Source of the DNA: Takakia lepidozioides
Lineage: Eukaryota > Plantae > Bryophyta
Reading direction: 5' to 3'
NCBI GenBank assembly: GCA_030704615.1
Contig: CM060732.1
Location: forward strand, 34,782,001-34,846,000
Length of the DNA stretch: 64,000 nucleotides
The position numbers were made by a program, and so were the translations under genes. This document shows, piece after piece, positions 1 through 13,500 of this stretch (its first letter is position 1; every line of letters begins with the position of its first letter). Below the pieces are notes generated by a model that was not told the DNA's origin, searched no databases, and was given only the letters and a program-made list of their open reading frames with translations.

Positions 1-379
1 TTGATGGAACTAGGGGGGCGGAAGTTGAAGGAGAGGAAGTGTGAGAAGCTCATTGGTGATTGACAGTGTCTCAAAGCTGTGTCAAGAAGCAGGTGGTGGG
101 GTGGTGGGTCGGAGCTGGTTGATGAGATGAGGATGTAGCTATGTTCCAATGTTTTCCTTGAGAGATCCAGTTACAGGGAGTACCAGCCGCCCTCTTTTTT
201 GCCTCAGCCTGTCTTGGCAAGTCCTCGCCCCTCCACTTGAGTTTGCGCCTCTTCTGCTGCTGCTTCCGTTATTCCTGTACCCCATCCTTCGATGCTATAG
301 CAAGTTTTGGTCCTGGTCAGGTCAGCTTCTGGAAGAGAATGGAGGGGTGGTTAGCGGTCACTTTCAAAGCTGCACAAGC

Positions 380-871
380 ACTCTCAAAGTGGGGCAGGTT
401 TAAGGTGGCCTATTTACCAAATGAGAAAGATGTACCGTGAAGAAACAGAGTCACAAGTTGTGTGTTTTTCCTCTGTTGCAGAGGTGTGGTTGTTGCATCC
501 AGAACTTGTAAACTCAAGGTGATAGAGCATTTTTTATCGCCATTCTTCAGGAACAACCGCACCTTTGCAACAGGAAATCTCCCATCTTGTGATACTTTCT
601 TCACTGTATATGTTTCTTCTTTTGGCTGGACTTTCCACAAGCACGACAACAGTTGAACTTGCCTAGGTGCCTTCCTTCTTCACATGCACACAAGGTAAAC
701 CGTAGCTGCCTCAAAGACATTTGTAAAACATACACAATTGATGCATGTAGGCAAGGGCATAACTTTGAGCACCACGCCAGATCTATTTGCTTTCATGGAA
801 TTAACTAAGGAGAGTATCCAATCGAGATGAGTGAAATCTGCCAAATGGTTATTCAGATCTGATATTGTCAC
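380..871 (-). pseudogene. Possible degenerate retroelement ORF1/gag fragment with decayed CCHC zinc knuckle
   Basis: Near 385-430 the minus strand reads S-F-S-F-G-K-(frameshift)-G-H-L-K..C-P, resembling a decayed CxxCxxxxHxxxxC knuckle. Upstream ORF pieces are 410-649 and 680-871. Weak evidence. Confidence 0.25.
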
Positions 872-1073
872 GGAGTCTTCTATTGCATAGTTCTCTTGAA
901 TTAGCTCAATGCTTATCGGTAGATTAATCAGTGTTTACCTAGCAAACCATGTCCCAACTTTACCCATTAGCAGCTAGAGACATTCTCCTCAAACCGGTAC
1001 TTTCGACGTTAGTCCTTGTGTAAAACAACACTGAGTTATGATTCTTTCAACTGATGCACACATACAACTGATT

Positions 1074-2860
1074 TCGCCAGTAATCTCCACAAAGAACAAA
1101 CATCATGGCATCTAGGACAATAGTTTTCGAATTGAACTCGGTGGCTGTGTGGCAGTCACCGCACACACACGGAGGTTCTGATGATGCGATTACATCCACA
1201 AATTGAGGAAATCCATGCGGAAATGAAGAGATTGTCTGGGCAGATGAAGAAGGGCGGGTTTGTGTCCCAGGGGATGTGTTTACGAGCCTAATGGCGAGCT
1301 TTTTCACTGCGGTGGCAAAGAGACACTCCCTTTGTTCCTCCTCGAAATCGTGCAGCACAAATCGTGTGTCAGGCACGTACCCCGCATTCTTCATCTTCAC
1401 ATACAATCCCTCCAGCTCAGCATGGATTTCCTATGCAATTCGCCTTCTACACGGAACGTATGTACACAATTGTCCACCTCAAATGCACCTGCATCCTGCC
1501 TGCTTTCTGACATCTTTCCTCCATAATTTCTATCACCTTTGCTTTATCCTGCCAGCTGCCGCATAGATGTTTGATAAGAGAACATAAGCTGCGGGGTGCT
1601 GTAGATCCAACTTGAGAATGTACATTGCATTTTGCAGCATGCTCGGCTAGCTGTACATTGCCATGATTTCTGCAGGCACCGAGCAATACTCGCCACACTG
1701 CATTTGCTTGAATTGTAATCTTATCAATAAAGTCCTCTGCTTCATCTAATCGTCCACCACGCCCAAGAAGCTTCACCATGCAGCCAAAATGCTTCAATAG
1801 CTTTGAGGCTATAATCTTGATACATGGAATAGAAATAATGACAGTCTTTCATCCACTAGGCCTGCATGGTTACCTATGTACTACATTGGACTTCAGGGCC
1901 TCCTTCCTGTCGCATTTGGTCAAAATGATGCAGGGTCTCCCTAGCACACTCATGCTTTGGCATATCCTGCGATCCATGAAACCACATCTCGTCCAGCCAT
2001 ATTCTCAAACACTTTATGTGCATTCTTCATGCTCCCACATTTGGCATCCATGTCGACAAGAGTAGTCTCCAAAATAATCTCCGATGGAATTAAAGCTTTG
2101 ATGATGTTAGTATGGATCTCTTTGCCCCTTCCCATCGGCACACGCATTGAGAACGCAAATGAATGTCACCCTGTCAGGAGCCATCCCTTTTTGTTGCATT
2201 AGCTCAAAGATCTTGAAAGTCTCTGTACCACACTCATGCTGAGCAGGGAGTTCCATAATGGCATCTCCTTTATACATTTTTTCAAACACTCCGCGTGAAT
2301 GCTTCGTGCTCGCACATTTGGAATACACGTCCAGAAGTGCAGTGAATAAGTTTTGATATGATTCCAGCTTTGATAATACTGGCATGGACTCTTTGCCCTT
2401 TTCCAGGGCTCCCCGGCTGGCACATGCCTGCAGACTGTAAATGAAAGTGACCTGTCAGGCATCACTCCTTGTTGAATGTGTTCATAGATCGTCAAAGCCT
2501 CTCGGCCACACCCATGCTTAACATACCCTGATGCACCATACTTCCACACTTGTCATACATGTTGACAAGGGTGTTCAGAAGAAAACCATTTGGCTTGAAT
2601 CCACTTTGGAGAATGTGGGCATGCGGCTTTCTCTGTGCCAGATCTTTCCTGCGGATGCACCCACGCAACAAGCAGACAGAGATATTGTAGTCTGCCTGAT
2701 TCTCCATTCCATGAAGTGCTTGTTTCAGACAGCCAGCCTTGCATAGTGCCATCACCTCCTGACAAGTGCTGGAACTGCTAACCATGCTGCCAGTTTGCTG
2801 TCCACCAAACATTTGATTCGACGCTGACATCCTACAGGCAATCATCTGCTTTGAGAACAA
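1074..2860 (-). pseudogene. PLS-class PPR protein with E/E+/DYW domains (RNA-editing factor), pseudogene
   Basis: Frameshifted ORF pieces contain LLNTLVNMYDKCGS, LVDMDAKCGSMKNAHKVF, HFGCMVKLLGRGGRLDEAE, VWRVLLGACRNHGNV, GYVPDTRFVLHD, CGDCHTA and terminal CGDYW. The HSE zinc motif is decayed. Confidence 0.93.
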
Positions 2861-3314
2861 GCAGTACCTATTTGAGTTGACAACCTTCGATCATCATATA
2901 AACAACAGGTTGAAACATCAGCAACAACAATGCCTATTGTGTTCTCGGCTTGGAGCTCCATGGTGTACATCGACATTAGATACTAAACGAGGTTGAGCAC
3001 TTTTATAAATGCAGCTAGCTCTGCTTTACCCAAGGAGGTTCGACCGACTCTGAATCCAAAGGACCGACATTGTGAGCTTATGCCTCAAGTCTGGTGATCT
3101 TGTGGTTTTCTGTGTAATGCAGCTGAGCTCCCAGAGCTTCAACCACAGCCTCGTGGACCAGGCTACAACCCACAAAAGATGCACACGGCATCCATTTCAA
3201 TGACAGACTACAATCTTGCGCAGACAACTTAAATGACACTGTGAACAAACAGCCAACGATCCAACAATACGAACCAGTATAGTATTTAGAAGTGCTGTAA
3301 CATTCACATTGAAT

Positions 3315-3902
3315 GAGTGAATAAACCAAAGAAAGGAAGAAAGTAACAATAGAGCACATTGGCCAAAACAAATCTCAAAATTCAGTTTTGTTTTCCCGCG
3401 GGCACTGGGCAGATTAAAAAAATGACGACAGTGACGTGGGATGATGACGTGGCAATAGCAACGTGGCTATGATGAGTGAATAAACCAAAGAAAGGAAGAA
3501 AGTAACAATAGAGAACATTGGCCAAAAACAATCTCAAAATTCAGTTTTGTTTTCCCTCGGGCAGAGTGAAAAAATGACGACAATGACGTGAGATGATGAC
3601 GTGGCGATAGCAACGTGGCAATGAAGAGTGAATAAACCAAAGAAAGGAAGAAAGTAACAATAGAGCACATTGGCCAAAACAAATCTCAAAATTCAGTTTT
3701 GTTTTCCCACGGGCAGATTGGAAAAATGACGACAATGACGTGGGATGATGAGTGAATAAACCAAAGAAAGGAAGAAAGTAATAATAGAGCACATTGGCCA
3801 AAAAACAATCTCAAAATTCAGTTTTGTTTTCACGCGGGCAGATTAAAAAAATGACGACAGTGACGTGGGCTGATGACGTGACGATAGCAACGTGGCAATG
3901 AT
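3315..3902. repeat. Tandem repeat, 4 copies of a ~125-160 bp unit
   Basis: The unit gagtgaataaaccaaagaaaggaagaaagtaacaatagagcacattggccaaaa...tgacgtgg...caacgtggc starts at ~3315, 3474, 3626 and 3750. Confidence 0.95.
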
Positions 3903-4127
3903 GACAATTTTTCAAAAATCAATTTTTTTGTTTGATTTCTGGGACGACAATGATGTGACGACCATGATGTGTCACTATGGCACCCTATTCCTGCTCTACA
4001 CTGAAACTAGTCTGCAACCTTTAGTCTCTGACCTTCCGTTGTCACTAGAATTGTTTGCTAATCACGACAGCACCTTAGTTTGGAGCAATATTGGATAAAG
4101 TTTAGAGCACATGTGTCAAATCATTTC

Positions 4128-4260
4128 CAGCAATCAACATATTAAGTTTGGTAGGTTGTTTTGTTTGTACAGTAGTTGAGATCTCCCAAACAGCAATCAA
4201 CATATTAAGTTTGGTAGGTTGTTTTGTTTGTACAGTAGTTGAGATCTCCCAAACAGCAAT
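4128..4260. repeat. 63-bp direct tandem duplication
   Basis: cagcaatcaacatattaagtttggtaggttgttttgtttgtacagtagttgagatctcccaaa occurs at 4128-4190 and 4191-4253. Confidence 0.95.
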
Positions 4261-4850
4261 GCCTCCGCCTGGGGTCTTGATACTGCTAGAAAGCCCTCAT
4301 GAGTAGGGGTGTATCGAGGCGGTTTCATAACTTTTGGGCAAGGCCGATGCTCAAAAAGCTCAGTGAAGCTACAGTACAGCTCGTGAAGAGCACATAGTTA
4401 TGGCACACTAGTAAGGAAAATTACAGACGTTTCTACAGCCTTACTGCGATCACAGTTGATAATGGCATGAACTTCCTCACAAAACAGGAGGGCTAAAATA
4501 CACACCGTTGAGAGCCAGCTAGTGTGGCTCCATATTGATTGCCTCTGATATTTGACTGGAAGACACACGCTATTTGTGTTGATCTTGCTAGAAACACATG
4601 CCAGAGCACATCTCTGGGTATAAATCTGACTAATTACAGATGCTAAGTGCTCGTGTATATGCACATATGGCTGTGAAAAGGTGGCTAAGAACCTTTGAGT
4701 ACATACTGTATTTCCCCTGGACGTAAAATTAAGGGGTGTAGGTGGAGCTCGCTTCCTAAATGCTCATAGTATTTCTACATCTATAATATAAGTATTCGCT
4801 GTAGGGCCCATCAGTAGCCTGTTGACGTGAATGAAAAGAAAGGAGTCAGG

Positions 4851-7800
4851 TCACCTACTGGTAGGAGGCTTTGGAGGCTTAGGCCGTCGGCTCAGCAAAG
4901 ACCGTAGAAGGCTCTTGCTGCGTGAGGGTCCAAGTCTCATTTCTTTTTTGAATCCATTTTCAGTTGCTGATGGGTGCGGGATCATTGTCATTGAACGCCC
5001 CAAAGGCTGCAGGATCACACGTTCACAACAAAAGAGAATGAGCTTGCAGACATGACAAAACAAAACCACTCCATTGCAAATATGACCAGGTGGTACCTCT
5101 AGATTCTCATTAGAATTGCATAGTGATCAAAACAGGGTTAAGAATTCGACAGTCAAAGAAAAAGTGTGCTGATTGCCCTGCCTGCTTGTGTTTGGTTCTC
5201 CAGACATTACTATGTCACAACACCAACCCCTTGCTACTAAATTGTCAAAGACTAGTACCAGGAAGGAGAAAGAGGGTTGCAAGTGTGCCTTACTGGAGCA
5301 GCACGGGCAGATCTTGTTGGGGGAATCGATCCGGACCTCATCACACTGACTTTGGCTGACAATGGATATTTGGATAGTGCCTGCGTTGTGGTCGAGCCAG
5401 CCATTTGTGGAGATAGAGGTAACATCTCACCATTTTCTGCAATCCTCCCAAGGAAAGAACTTGGTTGAATGCTTTTTCTGTGTAGTGGATGTGATTGAAC
5501 TCTAATTTCTTATACTCAAAGATGTCCATGGTAGTCCTTTCCTGCTGTGATAGACCACGGCCCATTTTTGAAAGGAGCAGACAAAGAGGGAATGAGGACC
5601 ATTTGTTATGGCCTCACCTCTAGATGTTGGACTATCTACTTCGTAAACAAGCAGTTTGATGCATCCTGATGCCATCTATAGTGTATTTTATATAAGGGAG
5701 AATAATTAAAATTAATCAAGAATTGAGCTTGGAGTCAGAAAAAGAGGAAAAAGAACACAAAGTTGGATCACACAACAGTTAGCCACCACAACCATAAATA
5801 ACTGATTGATTTGAGTTGTTATCTAAGGTGAAAAACTCGTGCTAATATGCTCTTGAGTCTCAACTTGAGAGACCTAGAGGCATCTTGAGGGATAATACTA
5901 GAGGGACCTTGAGATCTAAAGAACGTGATATCTGAAAGCACAGGGAGATGATTAGGTGATTTAATTATATAACAGATACCCCATAATGTAATACTTATGG
6001 ATGAGACACAACTTCGGAAGGGGAACAAAAGCACACAAGTCCTCTGTGTAAGGTAAGGGTTAAACTAGATTAGTGGGGAAGGCACATCAGGCATCAAGTA
6101 TTTTTGGCACTGTTATGGTCTCCTCGTGAGGGAGGACCTAACAAAGGGTTTGGACTTTCAGAGTTTCTTTTTATCCTATACCAAAGAGCATCCTGCCAGG
6201 CATATAGTTGACACAAGCAAAACAAACATTCTAGAAAAAAACCAGCTGATGGAAAGGGGATTGTGATTACGGAAGGAGGCAGTGAGGAAGGAACCCCTTG
6301 ACAGGGAGGTTTCGAGCAGATTCACCCCTGCCGGTACAGGTGGCAACATTCTCGAGTCCATGCTGCCAAGCCAACCAACTGAATATTACTAACAAACACT
6401 TTCCCACAGCAGTAATAACAAAATGAAGCGAATTTGCTAGCCTGATGGAGGAAAAGAGACAACAAAATAAGATGAGTTTACTAGAGTGAGGGAGGGAGAG
6501 ATATGATGATGTACTCAGTAGCGGTGACTTGCCGTAGCATTGTCACCATAGACCCCGTGCCTGGTTTTGATGGAGCAGCGAAGAAAGGCAAGGTGTAAGG
6601 GAGGAGAGAAGCAGGAGAGCCATTACAGACACAACAGGCTCGCTCCAGCAGAAACAGATAGAAAATGTACTCATAAGACCTTGTTTGCCATAGACTTGTG
6701 GCCATAGACCCCGTGCCCAGTTTGGGTGGAACAGAAAAGAGAGAGAGTGTGTGTACTCGTAAGACATTTTTTGCCGTAGCCTTGTGGCCATCGACAAAAG
6801 GGAGAGACAGAGAGACAGAGAGAGAGGAACTTTACGACTTCCAATGGAAGCCCAGTGTGCTCAAGGACAGTAACTTGTAACAGACAGAGAAGCACTAGCA
6901 AAATAGTTGCTCAGATGTGCTCCAGTCAAAGATTTCTGGTCTTCACAACTAAGATAGCAGCCTCTGGAAAGAATGTACTCATAAGACGTTGTTTGCCGTA
7001 GCCTTGGGGCCATTGACCCCGCGCCCAGTTTGAGCGGAACACAAAGGGACAGAACCTACCTCTGTCAGGGGCTGATGTTGGTAGTAAGACTTACCTTGGT
7101 ATAAAGCATTGATCCGGGTTTTCCAGATATCCTCTAGAAATCCCTTCACACAAGCATCAATCTGCTGTGTGTGGTTTGTCCAAGCCTCTGGAAAGAGAGC
7201 GAGCAGAGAGGAAGAGATAAAGAAAATTATACGTCAGTGGCGGGAGAAACACAGACCAAAATTTGAACATATTTTCAACGCCAAAGAGGCTAGATATTAG
7301 ACTGCTTACCTGTTCTGCTGTTGTGGACTAGCACTGCCCTCGCTAGTCGATGAAGTAGCGGGATCTGAAGCAAAATGCCATGCCAACGGTCGAGATGCAC
7401 TCCAACCTGCCAATCCAAATTCTACATTTCTGAGACTCCCTTCCACCCTTCTAGGCATGAAGTTTTGTCGTGAACAGAAGTGGACCTGAGCGTGTTGAGT
7501 TCATATACAGACAGAAAGATGACCTCATTTGTGTTTCAGAGGTTATTTGAACTTTCCAGAATTCTAATCTAGTGAACTGATCATATATGTGAATTGCCAG
7601 AAGTCTTTGGAGGAATCTTTACAAGTTACAACAGCCACAAAGAAATGAAAAACTACACACTACCCACAATAAAATTTACCAAGCATAGTGCTAAAAGAAC
7701 CAAAAGCAGGCCTACCTACCCCTTGGAATGTCAGAGCTCTCTCTCTTTCTATGCCCACCCACTCTGAAAGACACTGCACTAGTTGTGTATAGATGTCTTG

Positions 7801-9910
7801 GTTCCAAGGAGCTTGCCAGTATCTGGGGATTGAACAGCATCCTGTGGGAGAGGCAGTGGTAGTGGGAGCGGGAGTGGGAGTGGTAGAGGTTGTGGTTGTG
7901 GTTGAGCATGTGAATGTAGCAGAGGCTGTGGTTGAGGATGTGGATGTAGCAGTGGTTGTGGTTGTGACGGTGGATGATGTTGAGGGTGTGGTTGACTTGA
8001 ATCAAATGTCTCCCGCAGCATCGGCATGTTGTGCTCCCTTGTCCTTTTAGCCGCATCTGCAAGAGCATCTGCATGATGTGCCATTATTCAAGCCACTAAG
8101 TTGATGACAGCAGCTACTGTTATGTCTTCAAGACCTGCACTATGCTCACGCAAACTATATCCACACTCTAGGTCAATGCAATACCACAAGAAAACAAAAC
8201 CCGGCACTTGATTGCCTGCACTTCGCCGCTGGTCAATGTGACTAGCCCTTGGAGCAACTGCCGCATTAGATATGCAACTCATAAGAGAGCTATCTTAAGA
8301 GGTGAGGGAAAGGTGGGAGCGTGTAAGAGAGAGAAAGCGAGAGAAGGTACTCATTGACAGCTCCCTGCAAAGAGCTAGCGGGACACAAATCCATTCGAAA
8401 AGTGCACTGAGAGAGAGCTGTTGCTTGTCAAAGTATCTGAAGCAACCTACAGATTACCAAGCTTAGCAAGGTTTTCTCATTGAGTTCTAATTCTCTAAGT
8501 CTCTTTGTCCCCTCTCGTTCAACATAATGTAGTTACTGACATAGGTGGGAGAGTTAAGAGGAAACAAATGGAAAAGAGATACATGCCAGGAAGAACGTAG
8601 TGCTTGTGGTTGGCGTGCATAGTCTTGGCTATGGATTGCTGCTTCAGCCCCTCACGATCTGAATGCTCTTGGCAGGACCGCATCCGCTGCAATGGACACA
8701 AGAATTCTCCTCAATAAGCTCTCATGACTTGAAATCCACCTGAAATGATCACACTACTACAGCTTACATAGATTGATTCCAAGGTACCATGTGTTCACAA
8801 GTGTTTGGTGACCAACTAACCTTCTAATAAATGTTGTGAATGTTATAAACTACTGCCCTTCTGCTTGGCCATTATTTATAGCCACAATGTGAGTTAAATA
8901 GCTTTGAGAACAGAAATGTAAACACGAAGTCCCCACATTAATTGTTTAGAAGAATTTACTAGGCATCAAAAGACACCAAACATGCTCTACAACCATAGAG
9001 GGGGTGAATAATGAGGCGTGTCATTGTAAGGGAGGAGGTGGAGGTCAAAAATTTGGATGCAGTTCTGGAATTGAAGGCAAAGTTTCTACCTGGGCAAGAG
9101 ATGCTGCACGCAGTTCATTTGTGGAGAATTCAGCAGTTTGCTGGCTAAGCAGGTCGTTCAGTTTAAAAGCAACAGTACCCAAATGGTCTACTGCATTTAC
9201 CAAAGCCTTGATTGAGTAATCCTTGAGATTGTCAAGCACCCTGCCACATTTCAATCATACCATAATTATTTGTTCTCCAAAACTCCACCTCAAAATTCAA
9301 GGCAAGCACTTAGCTCAATGGATTAAATTCAATGCATCACAGAAGTACCCTTCTTCCAGCAAAATGGGCTTACCTCTTCCCATTTCATTGCTCTCAACAG
9401 TGATGCACTCTAGGGATGAGGGTACAATCTGAATTTATCCCTCCTATTACCAAACCATTTGGTATAATGCACAGATCAGAAAGAAAGAGGGAGTTCAGAA
9501 AGACAATCCTAGCAGTGAAGGAATAGACAGATTGGAGAGCTCACACTTGTTTTTGGTCACTGAAGAGGTATGAAGATTCGCAGTACTCTGCTGCTGAATA
9601 CAGCTGTGGACGTAGATTCTTGAGTTCCTGATAGCTCCCCATCTGTTAGGCTTCACTATTCCTAAAACCCACCCCTCTAAAAATCTCTCTGCCATTGGAA
9701 AACCACTTTGAAAGGGACGATCTGAGCCCCTCAACATCAATCGAATTGATGCAATGGTGTGCGAATTAAGCACACCAAAGCCTTGTGGTGCATACATATT
9801 CGCACATTTGACCTTTGATGGGAAGATTTGCACTTATCACAAACGTAATAATTACCAATAACACTGACAGCACCTACCTCCTACCTACACCCACCTCGTC
9901 TCTCTTTCTC

Positions 9911-9941
<31 letters not shown>

Positions 9942-10539
9942 GGGCCAGTGGACGTTGAAAAATTCCTCCTTTCCTCCTGTCTCTAAGAGAGTCCGCATGG
10001 CGTATTCGATGGCAGCCAGTGACCCACATTCTACTACTCAACCTGTCTATTTCCCTGTATTCAGGGTCATTGAGTCTGATCCCCTGTCCTCTCCTGAGAT
10101 CAAATCAATATCATCACTTGAATCTCAACCGTAGGCATTGAATAAATGGAGTCCACAAAGCTGCCGCATTGCTTTGGAAGAAAGTCACTAGGTGAAATTT
10201 CAAATACAAACAAGGATGATCCGGACTGCTCATGGAATGAAACAGTGCACATTACCAACCTCACTTTCATATCATCACACTCTTCAGAATAATCCCAACA
10301 CACTCTCCCACTACGTATACCTGCAGTGCCGTGATGAAGGGACGACTGCGACGCATCTCGGCCTCATCGTAGGTGAGGCAAGGATGTACCGCCGCCTGAG
10401 CCGGTGACGATAAACCGCTGGCAGCTCCTGCTTGAGGCTGCGGCATGGTTGGCGACCCCCTCAAAGGGGAGGTACGTGCAGATAGCATCACAGGAGATTG
10501 CAGGACGGGCGATGGCGACCGCCCCGGCTGCTGTGACAT
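4851..10539 (-). CDS. ABIL: ABI-like (Abl interactor-like) protein, SCAR/WAVE complex subunit; multi-exon gene
   Basis: Phase-consistent exons: 10539-10321 (..TYDEAEMRRSRPFITALQ), 9627-9545 (ELKNLRPQLYSAAEYCESSYLFSDQKQV), 9240-9090 (VLDNLKDYSIKALVNAVDHLGTVAFKL), 8686-8587 (RMRSCQEHSDREGLKQQ..HKHYVLP), probable 8056-7817 (P/Q-rich), 7406-7310 (PLAWHF), 5436-5294 and 5006-4851 (SRSKSLLRSLLSRR..stop). Exon(s) between 7310 and 5436 are uncertain. Confidence 0.92.
6510..7040. repeat. Four diverged copies of a ~45-70 bp motif within the ABIL locus
   Basis: gtactc.taagac...ttgcc.tag.cttg.ggccat.gacccc.gcc occurs at ~6511, 6667, 6753 and 6975. Confidence 0.75.
9899..9941. repeat. (CT)n microsatellite in ABIL intron 1
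   Basis: Imperfect tctctctc run. Confidence 0.9.
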
Positions 10540-13500
10540 TCCTGGAGGCCCCGATTCGAAATAAAAATATCTTCTTCGTGCAGATTTTCTGAATCTGCCG
10601 TCAGGATTTGAGCAACATGCTCGTTCGTGCGGGCCGATTTGTTGCAATGTCTGTGAGGATTTCTGCCTACCTCCACTCAGAGCTGTTCTCGCACGCGCAT
10701 ATTTGTTGCAGCTTCTGTGCTGAGTTCGAAGCTAACCCCCTGCAAAGCAACTCATTCTTTCCCGCAAATTCGTTGCAGCTTCTGCAACGATAAGAGGCTC
10801 AACGCAATGCAACGCTCCTCCTATTCCAGACATGTCGCAGCTCCACCAGCTTCACAGCCAGCGCCATGGCAATCAAACATGGAGTGTGAAGAATTGAAGC
10901 CACGCATCACCTCCCTCCTCCAAAACTGCGAGACACACTCCGCTCCCGCAGGGAATGTCTGTTCCTTCTTTCCTTCCATAATTTCTCCCTATCATTTATG
11001 AATACTCTGTAAATCCTCTTGATGATTGTAAATAGTAAATACCATTCCGTTAGTAAGTCACCATCGTTTAGTGTGTTACTAATCTACAAGCAAGTACTAG
11101 TAAAGCAGAGGGTTAGTAGTTAATAGCTTCGTAAGTTACTAGTTACTACCATCGCTCGTATCTGGCAAAGTAGCCAGCAGGTTAGTGAGTTTACTGGTAA
11201 GTTACTAAACGTACTAGTACAGCTGGCTCTCACTTGGTAGCCAATCAAAATCAATGATGGGGGTAGAATCTTTGTTGTACTGGATAACGGTAATTGTTCT
11301 GCTCTCGAGGCTGCACAAACATTCATCGCCTCAATGGATGAGTCTGAATTGATGGATGATATTTAGTAGTCTTTTTCTTTTTCTTTTCTTTTTCTTTTCT
11401 TTTTCCTCATTTTCTTTTACGGCTACCTTTTTCTATTTGTTTATTTTTTATTTTTTCTGACCGTCGTACATTCAAAGTCACAGACCCGAGGCCTCACGAG
11501 GCGGAGGAAAAGGTTAAAAAAAGGAAAGGCTGCAAGTCCTGCACTGTGTCCGAAGAGAGAAAGAGGCCGTCATGTTCGTGCTTGTCAAGCTGTCCACCAG
11601 GATTTCTGACCTCTGCTGTGGAGGAGACAGAAGACAGGCTTGCCTTCCGCACTCTCCTCGCACTCGCTAAGGTGTGTAAAGGTATGTAAGCGTCATGCCA
11701 CTCGGGACAAAGTAGATTTGAAAGAAAAGTGATGCACAGAGCTGAGCACGTGGTTGCATAGTGTTGCAAGCTGTGGAGGTAAGTTAGGGCTGCACAATGC
11801 AGGCGGTGAGCATAACGACCGGGTCCCTCTCAATTGACTTGGAGTGGGCGGGCTGCATTAGTTAAGTTAGTGAGGTCAGGTACCCGCACTTGATGGATAG
11901 GGCTGCAGATAAGTCATAAGCGTTGAATATTGGTAGGGTGGAGCTGGATGGAGATGGTTGCCAGTTGCCACGGGTCTTTGATTGTTGTATGGGAAGTGGA
12001 CTCATGCTCTCAAAGTCTCGCCAATGCTTAGACGGTACTACCCTAGGTGCTCAAGGAAGGTAATCCCTAATTTCCCAAGCGACCATTTTAAAGTTTGTAC
12101 CGGGGTTTAGGGTATCCTAATTATCTGCAATCAACCTGCTTCCTGAAAGAGAGGTTACAAAAAAGCTTTTGCAACAAAATGGTGGCAGTCTGGCACGGTG
12201 GTCACCTCGCTAGTTTTCGATTTGTTTTGATTTGATAGAATTTCGCAAGCAAATGCCCTACTAGACTCCCTAACCCTGGAACTTAGCTAGAAGTAGGAGG
12301 CTATGGGGAAACCCGCTGAAGGGCCAAGTCTCGGGGTATCCTATGTCCCTATGTTCTTGTGTCCTGTCGGCGGGGGGTCCCAGGGGGTAGGTCCACATTT
12401 GTTTGGGTCCCTCTCTATCCACCCTCTCTTCAAGAGGGCCAGCATGTGTGATTTCCGGGATCTGACCAGCGTTGGGCGGGTATTACTTTTTAAACCCTTA
12501 AACGCCCACTGCCATAGTTTGACTTTTTTAGAACCCTGTAGTGAAAAAATGGTGTAGCTTTGAGAAAATTAACTTTCTTAAGAACTAGACTGCACGTTAT
12601 GTGCTTACCTTTCTCTTGCACCCACCTGCCAATTTCCAAGGGCAATCACCAGAAAACATCACAGTTCCTTCAGAGAAACATATCATTTCCCTGTAGTTTT
12701 TTTAAGATTTGAGTGACTCGATCAACTGGATCCGTGATTTTTTATTTTATTTTTATTTTTATGTTTTTTGAGTTCTCAGGGACGGAGCCCTGAGAACTTC
12801 CAATATCGCCACAAGTGCCACCCAGCGCCCATGTTGGCGAGAATAACGAGATGCCAGGGTTAGAAAAGTAGCTTATATAACAGGTGTCGCATTTTAACAC
12901 GTCCATGTTGAAAAATCTGGCTCCTGATATTTAACCATTGGTGCTTTCTGGCGAATTTTTTATTTTTACTCCCATAATTCCTTTGTAAAAGTAGATGACC
13001 CATTTTCCAAGTCGAAATCTGGCGATTTTTTGCCAGATTTAGAAATACTAACCAAAAAAAAAAAAACTAACTGGATTGAGGCAAGATTAAGATAACCTAA
13101 CCCCAAACCACACGAATAAGGAATACAGCTAAAATGACGTTTTTTCTTTATAATGTGTTATTTTTCCTATACTGGCAATATAATTCTGGGTTCGTCCCTC
13201 ACCATCTGGTGTGTATGCCTTATGGGCCCTCAGGGGTTTGCTTTTTCGCCTCTATTAATAAAATATCGGGGCTTCATTCCCTTTATTAAAATATATATAT
13301 ACATATATAATTTGGAAACCATCCTAAGTTGTTTCGTAATTTTTGGAGTAGTTGCGAATTAGTTATGATTTTTTACCTGGTTAGAAGTAGACTCACCTAT
13401 TCATGTTAGTAGGCTGGCCTAGTACCGTCACCAATTCAGCTCAGCGGACTCTCCCGTTCCAGTCCGCACACTCACCCATTTTTATCATCCATCTATGATT

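Noticed and set aside
7712-8074. His-rich ORF as a separate gene
   Set aside because: It is an alternative frame of the low-complexity ABIL exon.
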